DNA of 64,000 bases from Octopus bimaculoides (lineage: Eukaryota): contig NC_068982.1 in the NCBI RefSeq assembly GCF_001194135.2, positions 60,110,876 through 60,174,875 on the forward strand. Reading direction: 5' to 3'. A program made the position numbers and the translations under genes. Position 1 is the stretch's first letter. Every line of letters starts with the position of its first letter. The notes below the pieces were generated by a model that was not told where the DNA came from, searched no databases, and was given only the letters and a program-made list of their open reading frames with translations. Below, piece by piece: positions 36,960-51,016 of the stretch.

Positions 36960-38447
36960 TACCCACATAAAGGTCCTATCTGATCCGTTATCCAGTAGAT
37001 ATCGTGTGTCATGTGATCGTTTACTTTCACTTTAATGAGTTTTGTTCGTTCCTCGACGGCCACCAGCTGTAAAAGTGAAGCACAATTATCGTCAGTTGAA
37101 TTACTTTCGGGATCAGCGTTACCTTCTGTTCTGATCATGGCCACCTTCAGCTTGAAAGAAGTTGGCTTCTTTGTCATGCAAATGGTTGCCCAGTGTCCTT
37201 TTCGACGGCAGTTATTACAGGAAGAAGTTTTGGTTGGACATGTTGCTTTTGGGTGAATAGGTTCACCACACCAATAGCAGGATTGTTTTCCTGAAGCTAC
37301 TAGAACTGGAAGGCATGAAGGATTCATTGTAGTGACGCGAAATTATGACCGCCATTAAGGAAGTGCAATCTACTCATGCGCAAGGGACTTGCCTTCCCGG
37401 AAGCCCCTCGAGTGCGCATGCGTAGTAAACCAGTACTTAAAGCGTTTCGCGCGTTTTCTAAGTCTCTTTAGCACGATGCTTTCCATGTGACAACACTCGC
37501 TCCGCTGGGATGCCTCAACAAAGCCCTTAATCTCCAGATGCTGATTACAAGTTAACCAGCGGCGACCAGGCTGAATGATACCGGTTTTGTAAAGCCTAGC
37601 ATCACCAAATAAAATTTATTTTATTATGCTGTTAATTGTTCACACCTGCGTTTGTTCTACAGTTTCCTAATATATTTTTGTTGAAAGGTGATAGAGAGAG
37701 ACTAATGTCTCAATGTTGCTATCAACCTTTTACACATTCTTGTCAAGTTCCTTACATCCTCGTTGGCCAGTTCAATGCTTAAAGCAATTTTTTCCAATGA
37801 TTCTCGGTCATCTTCGGTAGACACATTGATGACTAGTCGATCAATTTATTCCTGAAATGAAAACATTGCGAATTAGTAAACCATGGCGTTGTTTTGCACG
37901 CAAAGACTGTATATGACACTTCCTTGCAAGTTTTTTCAGGTCTAATAGTAAGCCTTCTATCGATCGGTCTTCTGCTTGATTGTGGTTACGTAGTCTGTGT
38001 TGAACCATGACAGAACACGATGCTTTAATAAACTTCTTATCGAGATTGGCGTCTTCCCGGAACGAGGTACACTCCTCGACAACTTGACTAGCTGAGAACT
38101 ACAAGGACAGCTAAATGCGATTCGGTGGGTATTTTTGTTTGCTCGATGTACACGTGTAACTTATTTCATAAATAATTGTAATCTTCTTCAGACGGCTCGT
38201 CAAGAAGTCTTTTTCGGAAGATTTCCAGTTTCATTACCGTTCTTAAGAGTGAATAAAAGCATGTTGCATGTGGACACGGAATGTGCGACGACCAAAGGTT
38301 TTATTCAATCTTAAAAACAAGCCGACTTACATTCGTTAGAAAATTTATATACTGCGGAAGAAAGTGAAAAAGAATGAAGACCGGAAGTACAAAATCGCAG
38401 TGACTGACGGATTAGAAACGTGGTTAGAACACTGAAAGCTTTCTACA
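36960..38447 (-). mobile_element. gag: Ty3/Gypsy family 2: LTR (38262-38447), gag with two CCHC knuckles, protease start; interrupted by solo LTR
   Basis: HRLRNHNQAEDRSIEGLLLDLKKLARKC, LIRNVFISGI, CYWCGEPIHPKATC, CNNCRRKGHWATIC, IKVKVNDH. Confidence 0.85.
37328..37661 (+). mobile_element. Solo LTR nested in gag, 334 bp
   Basis: TGTAG...CTACA termini, AATAAA near 37606; unrelated to host LTR; no TSD visible. Confidence 0.7.
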
Positions 38448-38663
38448 ATACATTTCTCTAACTCCAGAATATCTTCAGAGTTTTAATCTTTAAGTTTATG
38501 TCATTTACATATCATAAATCATTATTATAAGTATGTATAGATCTCTCTGTTAAGTACCGTCTCTATTGTTTATTTCATCATACAATGAAGCTGTTAGTTA
38601 CGTCTTTAACAATGCTGACTTATGTAGCAACATCCGTTTCTTTAGTATGTAATTTATTATATT

Positions 38664-38882
38664 AGGCGGCGAGCTGGCAGAATTGTTAGAACGCCGGACA
38701 AAATGCTTAGCGACAGTCATCCATCTTTATGTTCTAAATTAAAATTCCGCCGAGACCGACTTTGCCTTTCATCCTTTTGCAGTCGATAACTATCAGTTAC
38801 GCACTGGAAGTCAGTGTAATCGACTTAACCCCTCTCGCAAAATTCAGGCTTTGTGCCTATAGTAGACAGAATTATTATTATT
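38664..38882 (+). mobile_element. SINE family B, CpG-intact reference copy
   Basis: GGCGGCGAGCTGGCAGAA (A-box-like), TAAATTAAAATTCC (decayed B box), GCCTTTCATCCTTTTGCAGTCGATAA (Nin/Deu-like core), (ATT)n tail. Confidence 0.9.
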
Positions 38883-39059
38883 ATTGAGCCCAAATATGTC
38901 GTGCTTCAGTGTCATTTTTATTCTGGCACCAGTTGCATGTTCAACTATGTATCTTATTTGATCGTTGTTCATTCGAGTTTAGTGCATCCTATTTAGTGCT
39001 CAGTGAAGATCATTATTGCAAACAGGATTATTGAGACTGATCCACTTTGTTCTGGTCTG

Positions 39060-39700
39060 GTGGGGTAAAACTTTTTTGTATTTCGTGTTTGTTTATTTAT
39101 AACCACATGACTCTTTTTTGAGAAGTCCTAGTTCATTGATATTGGCATTGCAAAACAACATCACTCTCGCAAATCACCACTCATTTCTCTACCGTAAAAT
39201 CAATACTGATCGATGAATATAGGGATACTACGTCCATGGTATATACAATGCAGTCTGTAAAGCTGCAGGAGTGATTGCATTCATTAATTCTGTTGATGAT
39301 CACTTCATTGCTATCACTGATACCTAAATATATTTCTATTAGTGAACGTATGACTATTGAAAGGAAATATGACAATTTGTATTTGCTAGAGATACTGGGT
39401 CCATAAACAGGCTGGATATCCAGCAATAGGCTAAGAGACATGTTGGTGGTAGTTTCTAGATCCCTGGATGTATTTTATTGTAAGAAGTCATATAGGCAGT
39501 AAACAGCTTTTCCGTGTGTTAGTGCTCCTGCAGTGGTACTTCTCTCATGTCATTAATATGTCGTTGCAGCAACTGGACATAATTTGGCAATCTGTGTACG
39601 TGCGTTGTCTGGCCAAGCAAACCATTTCGCTATTTTAATGCGTTGTCTCAGCTTTCACTGGTGCTTATGACTCTAATGACAAGTCGATAGGGTCCTTTCA
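39060..39700 (-). pseudogene. Penelope-like reverse transcriptase fragment
   Basis: KIHP...PIAGYPAC then KYKLSYFLSIVI...DSNEVI...VYTMDVVSLYSSISID, matching PLE RT motifs (PKIHK, RPI.A.P.C, S.DV.SLYT.IP). Confidence 0.6.
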
Positions 39701-40144
39701 TTCCAGGTTTTCTTTTGTATTTCTGTTGTACTACTTTAGAATTTACCCTTTTTTCCAACCAAGCTATTAAAAATTTTGCTTCTTGTTCCCTCATCTACAT
39801 ATGGCAGGATGCAGATTTTTTTTTTTGTACATTGGTAGGGTGCTAGAGTTTCATGTCGTTTCATATATAATTTCGTGGCGGATTTGAAGAGATTTAAGAG
39901 TTATTAGCATTGTTTTTACCAACATTAGCAGCGAGTTTTGCATTTTGGTTAGGGTTAGAACTAGGGCTTGTGTTTGCTACCATCATCATTATGAGAAAGT
40001 TATTATTGTTACTAATGCTTATTCGCTAATTTGTATTTAATTTGTCTGAATGATTTTTTTCTCAATTTCTGATGGACAATTAATATTATTGAATAAGGCA
40101 TACATCGGTGGTAATTTAAGAAATAAATGTTTATTCTGTGTCCA

Positions 40145-40468
40145 ATTGTACAACTGGGCACACCGTCGGTTACGACGACGAGTGTTTCAGTTGATCCCAT
40201 CAATGGAACATATTTTTCACGAAATTAACGTACAGTTGGCTAAGCACGCCACAAACACATATACCTTTAATGTAGTTCTCGGAGAGATTCAGCGTGACAT
40301 ACCGATTGTGACAAGGCTAGCCTATTGAACTACAGGCACAACTCATTTTCGCCAGCTGGGTAGACGGGAGAAACGAGAAATAATGTGTCTTACTCAAGGA
40401 CACAACGCACCTCCGGGAATCGAACTCACGACCTAATGATCGTGAACCGAATAACTAAGCACCAAAAG
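40145..40468 (-). mobile_element. tRNA-derived SINE family E variant
   Basis: GTGTCTTACTCAAGGACACAACGC...GGAATCGAACTCACGACC is the complement of a B-box head. Confidence 0.8.
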
Positions 40469-40874
40469 CACGCATCTTCGAAATGCACAGCACCATGTAC
40501 TGTGTTGATATTGTCTGATTTGTGTTAGCATTCGTACATCCTATTAGTATGTCAGAATTGAAATTTAACGGTAATACCTGTCATAACAATTCTATCATTG
40601 CAGTCAGGGTATCTCCATTTATCTTTGGGGGATTGGTGTCACTGTATTTGATGTTGTTGCTGTTGTTTCACCTATTTCAGTTTCTGGCGAAAGTATTGGT
40701 TACCGGTTCTGTTTACATATCGACATTGAGATGACCAGCGTGTCATAGAAACATGATGGATCATTTAACAATATTCTAAAATAAAAGTTATTTCCACGTA
40801 ACCAAAAGATTCGACAGGCTACTGAAGAGGTGTGTGTGTGTGCGCGCGCGTGCGTTGCAATAGGTTTGTGACTA

Positions 40875-40977
40875 ATGGTACCCGACATGCAGTTTGGAAA
40901 CTGTTTTGCACCCTGGGTTTTAAACCATTGTTTACGATGGACTCTAGAATGTTTGAAATGTTTTTTAGATGGTGTTA
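40875..40977 (+). CDS. Candidate first coding exon (MVPDMQFGNCFAPWVLNHCLRWTLECLKCFLDGV)
   Basis: 34 open codons from ATG to donor GTGAGT near the right edge of the CpG-retaining domain; no homology recognised. Confidence 0.2.
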
Positions 40978-43339
40978 GTGAGTACATTAGTCCTTCATGG
41001 TATCAGTTACGAGATAGAGCCTCATCGAATCGAAGTACTTCGTTGCCCTGTTGAGGATAGATTCATTGAACAGTAAAGCATTTATTTTCTTTCTGACGGT
41101 TATTGGTTCATACTTGTTAATGTTGAGGATTAAATATGAAGTTATAATCGGGCACCATCAAGTTTCTTGATAGGGTCAACGGTTTTTTAGGCAAGCCTAA
41201 AGTATGTCATCCTGAAAGTTAATTTCTATAAGGTCCACTATAAATGCCATACCCAGACAGTATTCGTTGACTGTTTGAAACTATGGGCCTGCCATTTCCT
41301 GTGCTGGTATGACAACGCCATTAAAAGAGCACACGCACATGCACACGCGCGCGCACACACACACACACACTCATCATCGCGTATATTTGTCAATAGACTG
41401 ATTATTATATATGCATTATGAGCGATCTTACCAATTGGTTTTGCACCAAGGGTTCAACCGGATGTTAGATAACATCCCAATTATGTCATCATGTGTTCAT
41501 CAGAGTTAACAGCTATGGAAGAAAATATGGTGAAATATGGCAGTCGCCATACTTTCTTCCATAACTGCCATGTCTGATGAGTGCAGGGTTACATAATCAA
41601 ACTGTTATCTAACATCTGGTTGAGCACTCAGTGCAAAACCGATTGGTAAGATTAGCCATAGTAGATTTATAATGTACTTTCTTGGAGTGTATATATATAT
41701 ATATATATAGCAAGAAAGAGAGAGAGAGAGAGAGGCAGAGACACATATGTATGTACATACTTTGGCATTTTAGTGAAATCAGAAATTTGACTTTGGGCGT
41801 CATTTTAGCAAACTTGTAAAAGATAAAATGGCAAAGTGTGCATAACTTTTTACAAAACCAGTACAAGGCAATTTTTTTTCACATACCTAATGTGTATGTG
41901 TGTGTATTCATTATTGTATGTGCATGTGTGTGTGTGTGTGGATGTATGTATGTATGTCACCAGAACTTTACAGACCACTTGGAAGTCCTTGAATATGGTG
42001 ATTGAGTGAGCCAACTAGGAAAGTCCAATTTGCTTTTAAATGTTCATACACTTTACAAATATCATGATTTATTATAATATATAATTCTATAAGACTAGGC
42101 TCCATTAGTAAGTATGCACGAAATAAGAACCCTTGAGAATTCAATGCTTCATCAATGAAAATAATGATTGATATAACAGGATAATGATTCAGATTACATG
42201 CTATAATCGCCACCACCACCACCATCTCCACCACATGAAATATGTTAATAATTAGATGCACTAGAAAATTTATGTTCTGTATTTTTTTTTTTTTTCATAT
42301 TTTGGAGTTGATGTATTTCTAGGAAGACAGGTTATATATTTTAGTGGAAATGAAGGCACTATGTTTGAGATTAATGATAAGAATACATTTCAAAGCAATA
42401 GTTTCATAGCTCTGTATTACAAGAAATGGCTATTTCAGTTGTATTTGGGGACCATATAATATGGATATGTGAAAGTATTATGTCAAAAACATAAGGTTTT
42501 AGTGAGTTATTTATAAAACATGTAAAAGCAGATGCTGGAATTTTGTAGTGAGTGGTCATCTGATTGAGCCAATAGCACCAAAAGTTATAGGGGATGATGA
42601 ATCAAGAATCACAGTCTCATATGTAAAATAACCAAATTGAAAAAAAAAATTATTAATTGAGATTATGCAAGAAATTACTCAACAAAATTTTGATCTATAG
42701 ATATTTAAAATCTAATAACTTCAAGTAGTTTTTAAAGAACATAGACAATGTAGACTGGAGTAGTGGACCATGTTTTCAATGGAAACTAATGAAAGCAACT
42801 GTCATGTCCCAGTTTTATTATACCTCTCCAGTAAAGAATATTATACTATATATATACATTATATTGGTAACTGAGCAACATATTCAGAAATAGAATGTTG
42901 TGATGCTGATTATGACTATAAACAATAAGGATGGTAGGTATTCTGCATTATAAAGTACAAACACAATAGAGTTTCATATGTGGAATATAAGGAGTTGAAA
43001 ACCTTAAGCAACTGAGATTATCTAACAAAAATTCCCTGTGCTCCTGGATGTTATTTCTTTTGACTACTAATTGCTTAGATAATCTAAGTTAAAGTTTTTT
43101 TAATCCACTCTATTACATACATGAAACTCTACTATATTTATATTTAGTATGCAGAATATTCTCTTTCCCAAGATATTTTCCTTTAACCATATTGTTAGTT
43201 CAATAATATTGGTTGACATATCTTCTACAAGAGAAAATATACTCAGAGCAGAAATTAGAAGAATGAGTTAAACATTTGGTGGATAAAGAATACATTTTTA
43301 TTTGAAGATACAATGATTTCTAATTTACTAACTCCAGCA

Positions 43340-45240
43340 GATTAGATCAATGGGTTAGTTGATACCTCTTGACCCCAGCACTTGACTGTTACTTCATTTT
43401 ATCAACTCTGATAGGATGAAAGGTAAAGCTGACCTCATTGGGATTTTGAACACAGAATGTAATGTGGTGGAAAAGACAATACAAGGCATGTTATCAGAGG
43501 CTCTAACAATTCTGCCAATCCACAGCCGTCATGAAGATGCAGTTCTTTCAAAAGATACAAAAATTATGCCGGTTGCTCTTGATTGCCAAGCATTTTAGTG
43601 GACCACTTCAATTTGTTGTTGTACAAGCCTTTTTTGACTTGAAGAAGCACAACTAGAATAATGTGCCTGCATAATCTTTGGAAAGCCAGTTGAAAGTAGT
43701 TGTATTTTAAATTCTTGGAACATGTTATCAAAAGAACCAAAGGGAATGGTTTTTTTCCCTCAAAAAGATGAAATGTGAAAGTATTTTTGCTATGTGTCAG
43801 TTGGTTTTAATATTTGTTGAAGATAGTCATCAGATTAAGGAGAACTTATTAAAGATTGTAGTGAGATTAAGGAGTAGTTAAAAATAACCTATTATGGGTG
43901 AAAGGGAAATTTTAGAAATTATGACGGATGGAGTTTAGATGGAAGGAAGAGGTTTTAAGTTTCAGAAGTTTGAAATTTGAGTGAAGATGCCAGTAGAAGA
44001 GATGAAAAATTGTAAATTATTGATCCATGTCCATCTACTGTAGGTATTATTTTTCAGTGATAAGGGTAGTGTATTGGTAGAATCAATAGAGAGCTGGTAA
44101 AAGCACCTTTATTCCATGTCTTTTCATTCTGAGTTCAACTCACACCAAGTAATGAGATCAATTTGATTACTTAATACTACCAAGTTTCAGGTCTTATACC
44201 TATAATAGAAACCATTATATGAGATAGTGAGCTGGCAGAATTGTTAGCACACTGGATAACTTGCTTAGTGGCATTTCATCTGTCTTGACATTCTGAGTCC
44301 AAATTTTGCTGAGACTAACCTTACCCCTCATCCTTTCTTGGTCAATAAAATAAGTACCAGTTGGGCACTGGGGTTGATGTAATCAACTTGCCCCTTCTCC
44401 CATAATTTCAGGTCTTGTCACTAAAACAGAAAAGATTACTATACACTGATATATTTAGACTAGTGTTCTTGTTTTACTTGTTATAGTCACTGTGATTCAG
44501 CTAGTATACTCTCTAGCTGTATTCAGCAACGGTCTCTGAATTTCAAACCAAACCCTTTATTAAATACATGGGTGTAGAGAGTTCCCTTTCTGTTGTCCAT
44601 ACCAGGGATATTCCTCTATTTGTTATTCTACTTCTGATGCCACTTAACTCCACTTGGATCAGAATTTATTCACTATCCTTTATCAGTGTAAAATAATGAT
44701 AATTCTTCATCTCCAAAATTCAGACAATTTATGCTTATAATTTCTTTGACCTGGTTTTCTTTTTGTGTTTACGCTTGAAGTCTTTTCATCCCCATTAAAC
44801 GTGGGCTCATATTTCAGAGTTCTTGTTTGTGTAGAGGATGTGAAGTTGGAGTAAAGAATTAACCATATAAGAGCAAATTTGAATGAATTATGTAATTAGA
44901 GCTTCTGATAGAGAATACATCCCTTGATTTATCTTTGATTCTTGCTAATACCATGTTTTAAGAAGAGAACCAGTTCCTTTTAAAATTTAATTAAGGTATG
45001 TAATTTACAGGAAGCAACTAAACAACCTTTTTACCACTAATTTATAGTAATGCTAGTATTTATAGTATTTCATCTGTCGCTACGTTCTGAGTTTAAATTC
45101 TGCCAAGGTCGACTTTGCCTTTCATCCTTTCAGGGTTGATAAATTAAGTACCAGTTACGTACTGGGGTCGATCTAATCAACTGCCCCTCTCCCCCCCAAA
45201 AAATATTTGGAGCCTTGTGCCTAGAGTAGAAAAGAATTTA
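43340..45240. mobile_element. Family B SINE copies (~43340-43530 -, ~44090-44440 + two, ~45055-45240 +)
   Basis: Core and B-box motifs; 45055 copy keeps CpGs (young). Confidence 0.8.
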
Positions 45241-47354
45241 TAGTAATGCTGACACAAATTCACAATAGTGCTGACACTAAATCTGCAGAAGTCAAAATAC
45301 TAATAAAAGTCATATATCCTTGTTTATTGACACTGGAATGTTGAAAGCTGAAGTCAATCCTAACAGGATTTGACTTTTGAGCATAAAGGATGAAACTTAA
45401 TTTGAGCATAAAGGATGAAATTAAGTTCCCTGACTGTTAGACCACAATTTAAAACCTTTAGCATTCAGATTAATTAGTCAAATGTAATGCTTAATGCTTT
45501 AGAATTAATCCCATTGTTTTGAATTAATCTTCCATTATCTTGTATTTTCAAGATATCTATAAAGTGATTGTTTATTTTAAGAAGGACATTGTAGGGTAGG
45601 CGAGAGAGGCTAGATCTAGCTGATTTGAACATTAAACAGGTAGAATACTTGAGCTGGAAATGGCCAGTTTAGAGGCTAAATCATTATTAGCATTCATACA
45701 AAGTCTGTATCTCTTTGCTGGAGTTTATCAAATGTTATTGCATTTCACTTATTTCAGTTTTTGCAAAATTAAAAAAAAAACTTTAAGTTTCAGTACTTCC
45801 ACTTCTTTAGAATCATGTTATATATTTTCATTAAAAGAAAAAACATTTAGTAGGATTTATATATTTGATCCCATAATGATGTGATTTTATGTAGTTATGT
45901 AGATTGTAGAAAGGCTTTCTGATGTATTTTATAGTCCTCAGATACAGCCATTTAATAACCTAAAATAGCCATAGAATTTGAACCTGTTTCATTTGACTTT
46001 GTGCATTTGAATTATAATAAAGTGCTATTAAAATATTTAATGGAAAGTAAAAATGAGTGAATTTAATATTAATCAGATGAATATATTGGTTCATCTGTTT
46101 AAATATGTAGACTCTTCTTTTGTTTGAGCATGTGGACTTGTGCTGGATATTAACCCATTACCTACCACTGATCTCATATTAGATCACTTAAAAATTACAA
46201 ATTTCGTAATTATCTGTGAATATTTACACATGTCTAACCTTTTTGCTATATCTACTAGGTATATTTCTCTGATATTCAAATGAGGTTTGCTAATTTTTCA
46301 CCCAATATCTCGCTTATTTCTATTTAAAATGTTATTTTGAAATGTTATTTTGATCATTCCAGCGTGTTTCTAAGGCTGTTTTATGCAGGAAATCAAAGTT
46401 TCATAAAAAAAATTCCAGTTAATAGAATTATGGGAGGTAATGGGTTAATAGTGCATATTTGTATCTTATTCAATAAGCATAAATTAAGGTGTGTATATTG
46501 TTTTCAAGAGCTGGTAAAATTGTAAGCAAATTAAAGCCTAAATTCACTGCTTTCTTCTTCAAACTCTCGGTGTACTTTACATATCTAAAGCTAAAGGGGT
46601 ATTTAGTGGTGTTTAAGATATGAAATATGTATTTGCTCCTGATACATACTTTTAAGTTCTTAAGAAGGAATTAAATGATTTAATTCAACAATTAATCTTT
46701 TTATTTCTTACCAAATTAAAGCACAACTGTACATAGTAAATGAATTAAAGACAAAGTTTTTCATTTATGCTTAATGAATAATTTAGTGACACATGTATGT
46801 GATACATGTATGTATGAATATACATGTGTGTATGTGTGTGTGTGCATATATGTGTCTATGTATGTATATATGTGTGTATGTATGTATATGTGTATGTATA
46901 TATGTGTGTATCTATATGTGTATGTATATATGTGTATGTATATATGTGTATGTGCGTATATATATGTGTGTGTATGTGTATTTATATATGTGTGTATATA
47001 TATATTTATATATATATATATGAGAAAGAGAGAGAGAGAGAGAGCAGGTGGAGGGAAAGAAAAGAATGCAGACATCTAAATTAAAATTTTGGATCAAGTA
47101 AATTTAATTCAGCCAGTAAGATGCCAAGTTGTAATGAAATAGTGTGAAAACACAGAGAGGGTTTCAATGACATAGAAATTCTACTCTGCTGATGAAACCA
47201 GAAAAATAAATTGTCTGAAAGCAAAAAAAAACTCCAAAATTTGTGAAAATGCTTTAATAAGAATTATTATTTTTCTTCTTCAATACTGCTGTTTGTGTAG
47301 TGTAAATACATATGTGTGTGAGTGTATGGAAATGTATACAGTTATATATATATA

Positions 47355-47692
47355 NNNNNNNNNNNNNNNNNNNNNNNNNNNNNNNNNNNNNNNNNNNNNN
47401 NNNNNNNNNNNNNNNNNNNNNNNNNNNNNNNNNNNNNNNNNNNNNNNNNNNNNNNNNNNNNNNNNNNNNNNNNNNNNNNNNNNNNNNNNNNNNNNNNNNN
47501 NNNNNNNNNNNNNNNNNNNNNNNNNNNNNNNNNNNNNNNNNNNNNNNNNNNNNNNNNNNNNNNNNNNNNNNNNNNNNNNNNNNNNNNNNNNNNNNNNNNN
47601 NNNNNNNNNNNNNNNNNNNNNNNNNNNNNNNNNNNNNNNNNNNNNNNNNNNNNNNNNNNNNNNNNNNNNNNNNNNNNNNNNNNNNNNNNNNN
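47355..47692. other. Assembly gap
   Basis: N-run within (TA)n. Confidence 1.
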
Positions 47693-48439
47693 ATATATAT
47701 ATACACACATAAGCATACACACACACACACACACACACACAATGTATATAATGTTTATGTTTATGTAATATATATGAATATCAATAAGAAAATTATCTTA
47801 TCACATGAGACATGGTTCACCATGTTTTATTTTATAGCCATAAGAAACTGAAGAAGATAGACAATTTTTTTTAAAGGATACTATTTTAGTAATTTAGATT
47901 AGTCAACTTCAGGCTACCACAGCATTACTCGATATGAAATCTTTAGCAAAATAACAAACTGATAAGATTAAATTTACTTCACTTTATTCGAGTTGATAAA
48001 CATAGAGCATGAATTCAGCATGTCAGTTTGTCAAAAAATTACAATAATTCATGGTTAAATACTTCTACAGAAAAATGTTCAGCTTTCCTAAAATTTAACA
48101 GCTATACAACATTGGTGTAAAGTATTCTAAGCCATAGATCACTTGTAATCTGTCTCTCATCTAGCTAGTTACTTCCATATTCTTCACTCTCTGTCTAGTT
48201 ACATGTCTCATACATACACATGCAATCTTATACATCAACTAGACCACACAATTTCTCTGTTTTAAAAATTTAATATGAAGAGAAGGGACAGTGCTCATAG
48301 CCTTTTGCAGGCCCTCCTAGGCTTTACGAGATCCATGAGGCTAATGTTCTTCTGTCATTAAGGTATTCATGAACCACAAAGGAGTTCCAGAGAGTTGCAG
48401 TTCTAAAAGAAGGATTGGCGACAAAAAAGGGGATGATTT

Positions 48440-48815
48440 TCTTATGCCAGTGCTACATAAAGTGCATTTGGGTCAGTGCAATGTAAAATGCACTAATACC
48501 AATGCCATGTCAAATGCACTTGTGCTGGTGCTGTGTAAGGTGCACTTGTTCTGGTGCTGTGTAAGGTGCACTTGTTCTGGTGCCACATAGAATTCACCCT
48601 TGTCAGTAGCACATAAAAAGCATCTGCTACACTCTGTTAAGTGGCTGGCATTAGGAAAGGCATCCAGCCATAGAAACCATGCCTAAACAGACAATTGGAG
48701 GCTAGATAGCTCTCTGGCTTGACAGCTCCCGTCAAACAATCCAACCCATACCAGCATGGAAAACAGATGTTAAACATTGATGATGATGCTGCTGCTGCTG
48801 ATGATGATGATGATG
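48440..48815 (+). mobile_element. Family D repeat with 26-bp tandem units
   Basis: GCACTTGTTCTGGTGCTGTGTAAGGT x~3, then GGCATTAGGAAAGGCATCCAGCC and (GAT)n tail. Confidence 0.8.
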
Positions 48816-49299
48816 TAAGGAGAAAAAGCATTGTCTTGAGTGAGAATTACATACTTCTAGTTCATCAAATTGAGCAGGAGCTCTTGTGGAGGCAGAAAAA
48901 ATAAATATGGGTAAAATGTTTATAAGTCACAAGGGATTTATGAGCTTTGGTTGCATGGGGATTCTTAAATTTTGTTTCAAAAGTGCAAATGTGTGTCAGC
49001 TTGTTCAATGGCTTTCTTGTTTATCTTCCATTTTGATAACTTTTAATCTTTTGGAAGTATATCCCTCTACCATCTCAATGGATGCTATGTTTATGAATTT
49101 ATTCAACATTACCTGCTGGCAAAATGTTTTTAAATGTCTTTTTCCTTGTTAAACAGAGGGAAAGAAAAACACAAAAATAAACTTGTCACTTCTCTATGTA
49201 ATGAATGCAGAAGGCGCAATGCATAAAAATCTAAAAGTAATTCATTAATTTTTTTCAAAAGTTACATAAGATAAATTCATTGCAAGAACTCCAATAATA

Positions 49300-49968
49300 A
49301 TGATTTCAAATTTTGATACAAGGCCAGCAATTTTGGGGGAGCACATAAGTCAATTGCATCAACCCCAATACTCAACTGGTACTTATTTCATCAACCCAGA
49401 AAGGATGAAAGGCAAAGTTGACCTCAGTGGAATTTGAACACAGAATGTAAAGACAAACGAAATACCACTAAGTATTTTGTGTTAACAATTCTTCCAGCTT
49501 GCTGTCTTAGAGGAACTCCAATGGCAGGGGCTTCAAATTTTGGCACAACTACAACAGTTTTAAGGGAAGGGGAACAATCAATTACATTGATCCCAATCTT
49601 CGATCAGTGCTAATTTTATCAACCCTGAAAGGATGAATGGCAAAGTTGACCTCAACAGAATTTGAACTCAGACCATAAAGAGTCAAAAGAAATACTATTA
49701 AGCATTTTCTCCAACATGCTAATGATTCTGCCAGCTCACTGCCATGACAATAACAATTATTTCAAATCTTGACAAAAGGCAAACGGTTTTATGAGGATTG
49801 GGTTAGGCAATTACAACAATTCCAATGTTCAACTGGCACTTTGATTATCGACCCCAAAATTATGAAATACAAAGTTGACCTTGCTGGGATTTGAACTCAG
49901 AATGTAAAGAGACAGAAGAAATGTCATGAGGCATTTTTAATCCAATGCTCTAACGATTCCGACAACCC
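49300..49968 (-). mobile_element. Three head-to-tail family B SINEs
   Basis: AAAGTTGACCT repeated near 49413, 49642, 49871 with the same unit order. Confidence 0.9.
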
Positions 49969-50448
49969 TAAATAATAATAATAATAAGCCTACTTGTATT
50001 TATGTGGTGTGACATAATGAACCACCTAATCAATAACACATATAGCCATGTATAGTAATGTGTAATTGTCAGTGCGTAATGGGGTTGAAGTTTCATACCC
50101 GACGCTGACATATTATGTTGTCGGACTATGACACTGAATTCTATTTGCATAATGATTTGTGTCTTATTAGAAATCAATATTTTAAACGACGTATTTAATT
50201 TACTAAGTATTTCATTGACTCATAAGTTACCTATTTCATAGACTTTTGCATTAATGCTTTCATTTCTTAAGCTCTTTGACTTATACCCTTGGAACTTTCA
50301 GATTAAAAGACAGTTGAAACAATGCCAGATGTATTGTAACACTGACTGAGATAATCACCTAATCACTTTTATATATACAGTATATGTATGCACATGTATG
50401 TGTGTAGTATATATGTGTATACATACATACATACATATATACATATAT

Positions 50449-50536
<88 letters not shown>

Positions 50537-51016
50537 ATAAGGAGACAGAGAATTTTGACAGTGACTTCAAAGTTATGACAAAGCTGGTGTTTCAGACTCT
50601 GTTTGAAATGCTGGCTGAGGCCAAATTTTGAAGCCCTTCTTAAACACATTTTAACTTCAGTTTATGTACTGAGTTTCTGTTTTTAGATTATTGGCTTACC
50701 AGTAGAAGGGTGAAAAAAGCTAATGTCACCATTATAGTTATGATGTTGAAGGTTATATTATTTATCTCCCATTGTCCCTCTACCTCAAGTTGAGAATAGC
50801 TGTTGTTCTTCATTATATAGAACTCATACATGAGAGCACTTCATTATTTGAGATCACTTCCACTACCATTGATGTAAATCTCCTTGTTTTTAACATATAC
50901 ACAACTGCAGCATTCATTTCTGGATATGTTGTTACAGTTGTGCTTCAATTTCTTGTATTTCATGTGGATGGATATGAAAAAGTTAATGGAAGCAGGGCTG
51001 TGGTGTAAACACTTAC

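Noticed and set aside
46761-47097. Overlapping ORFs rich in Y/I/C/V/H/T (also 3868, 23241-23800, 50359, 59761)
   Set aside because: Translations of TA/TG/CA microsatellites
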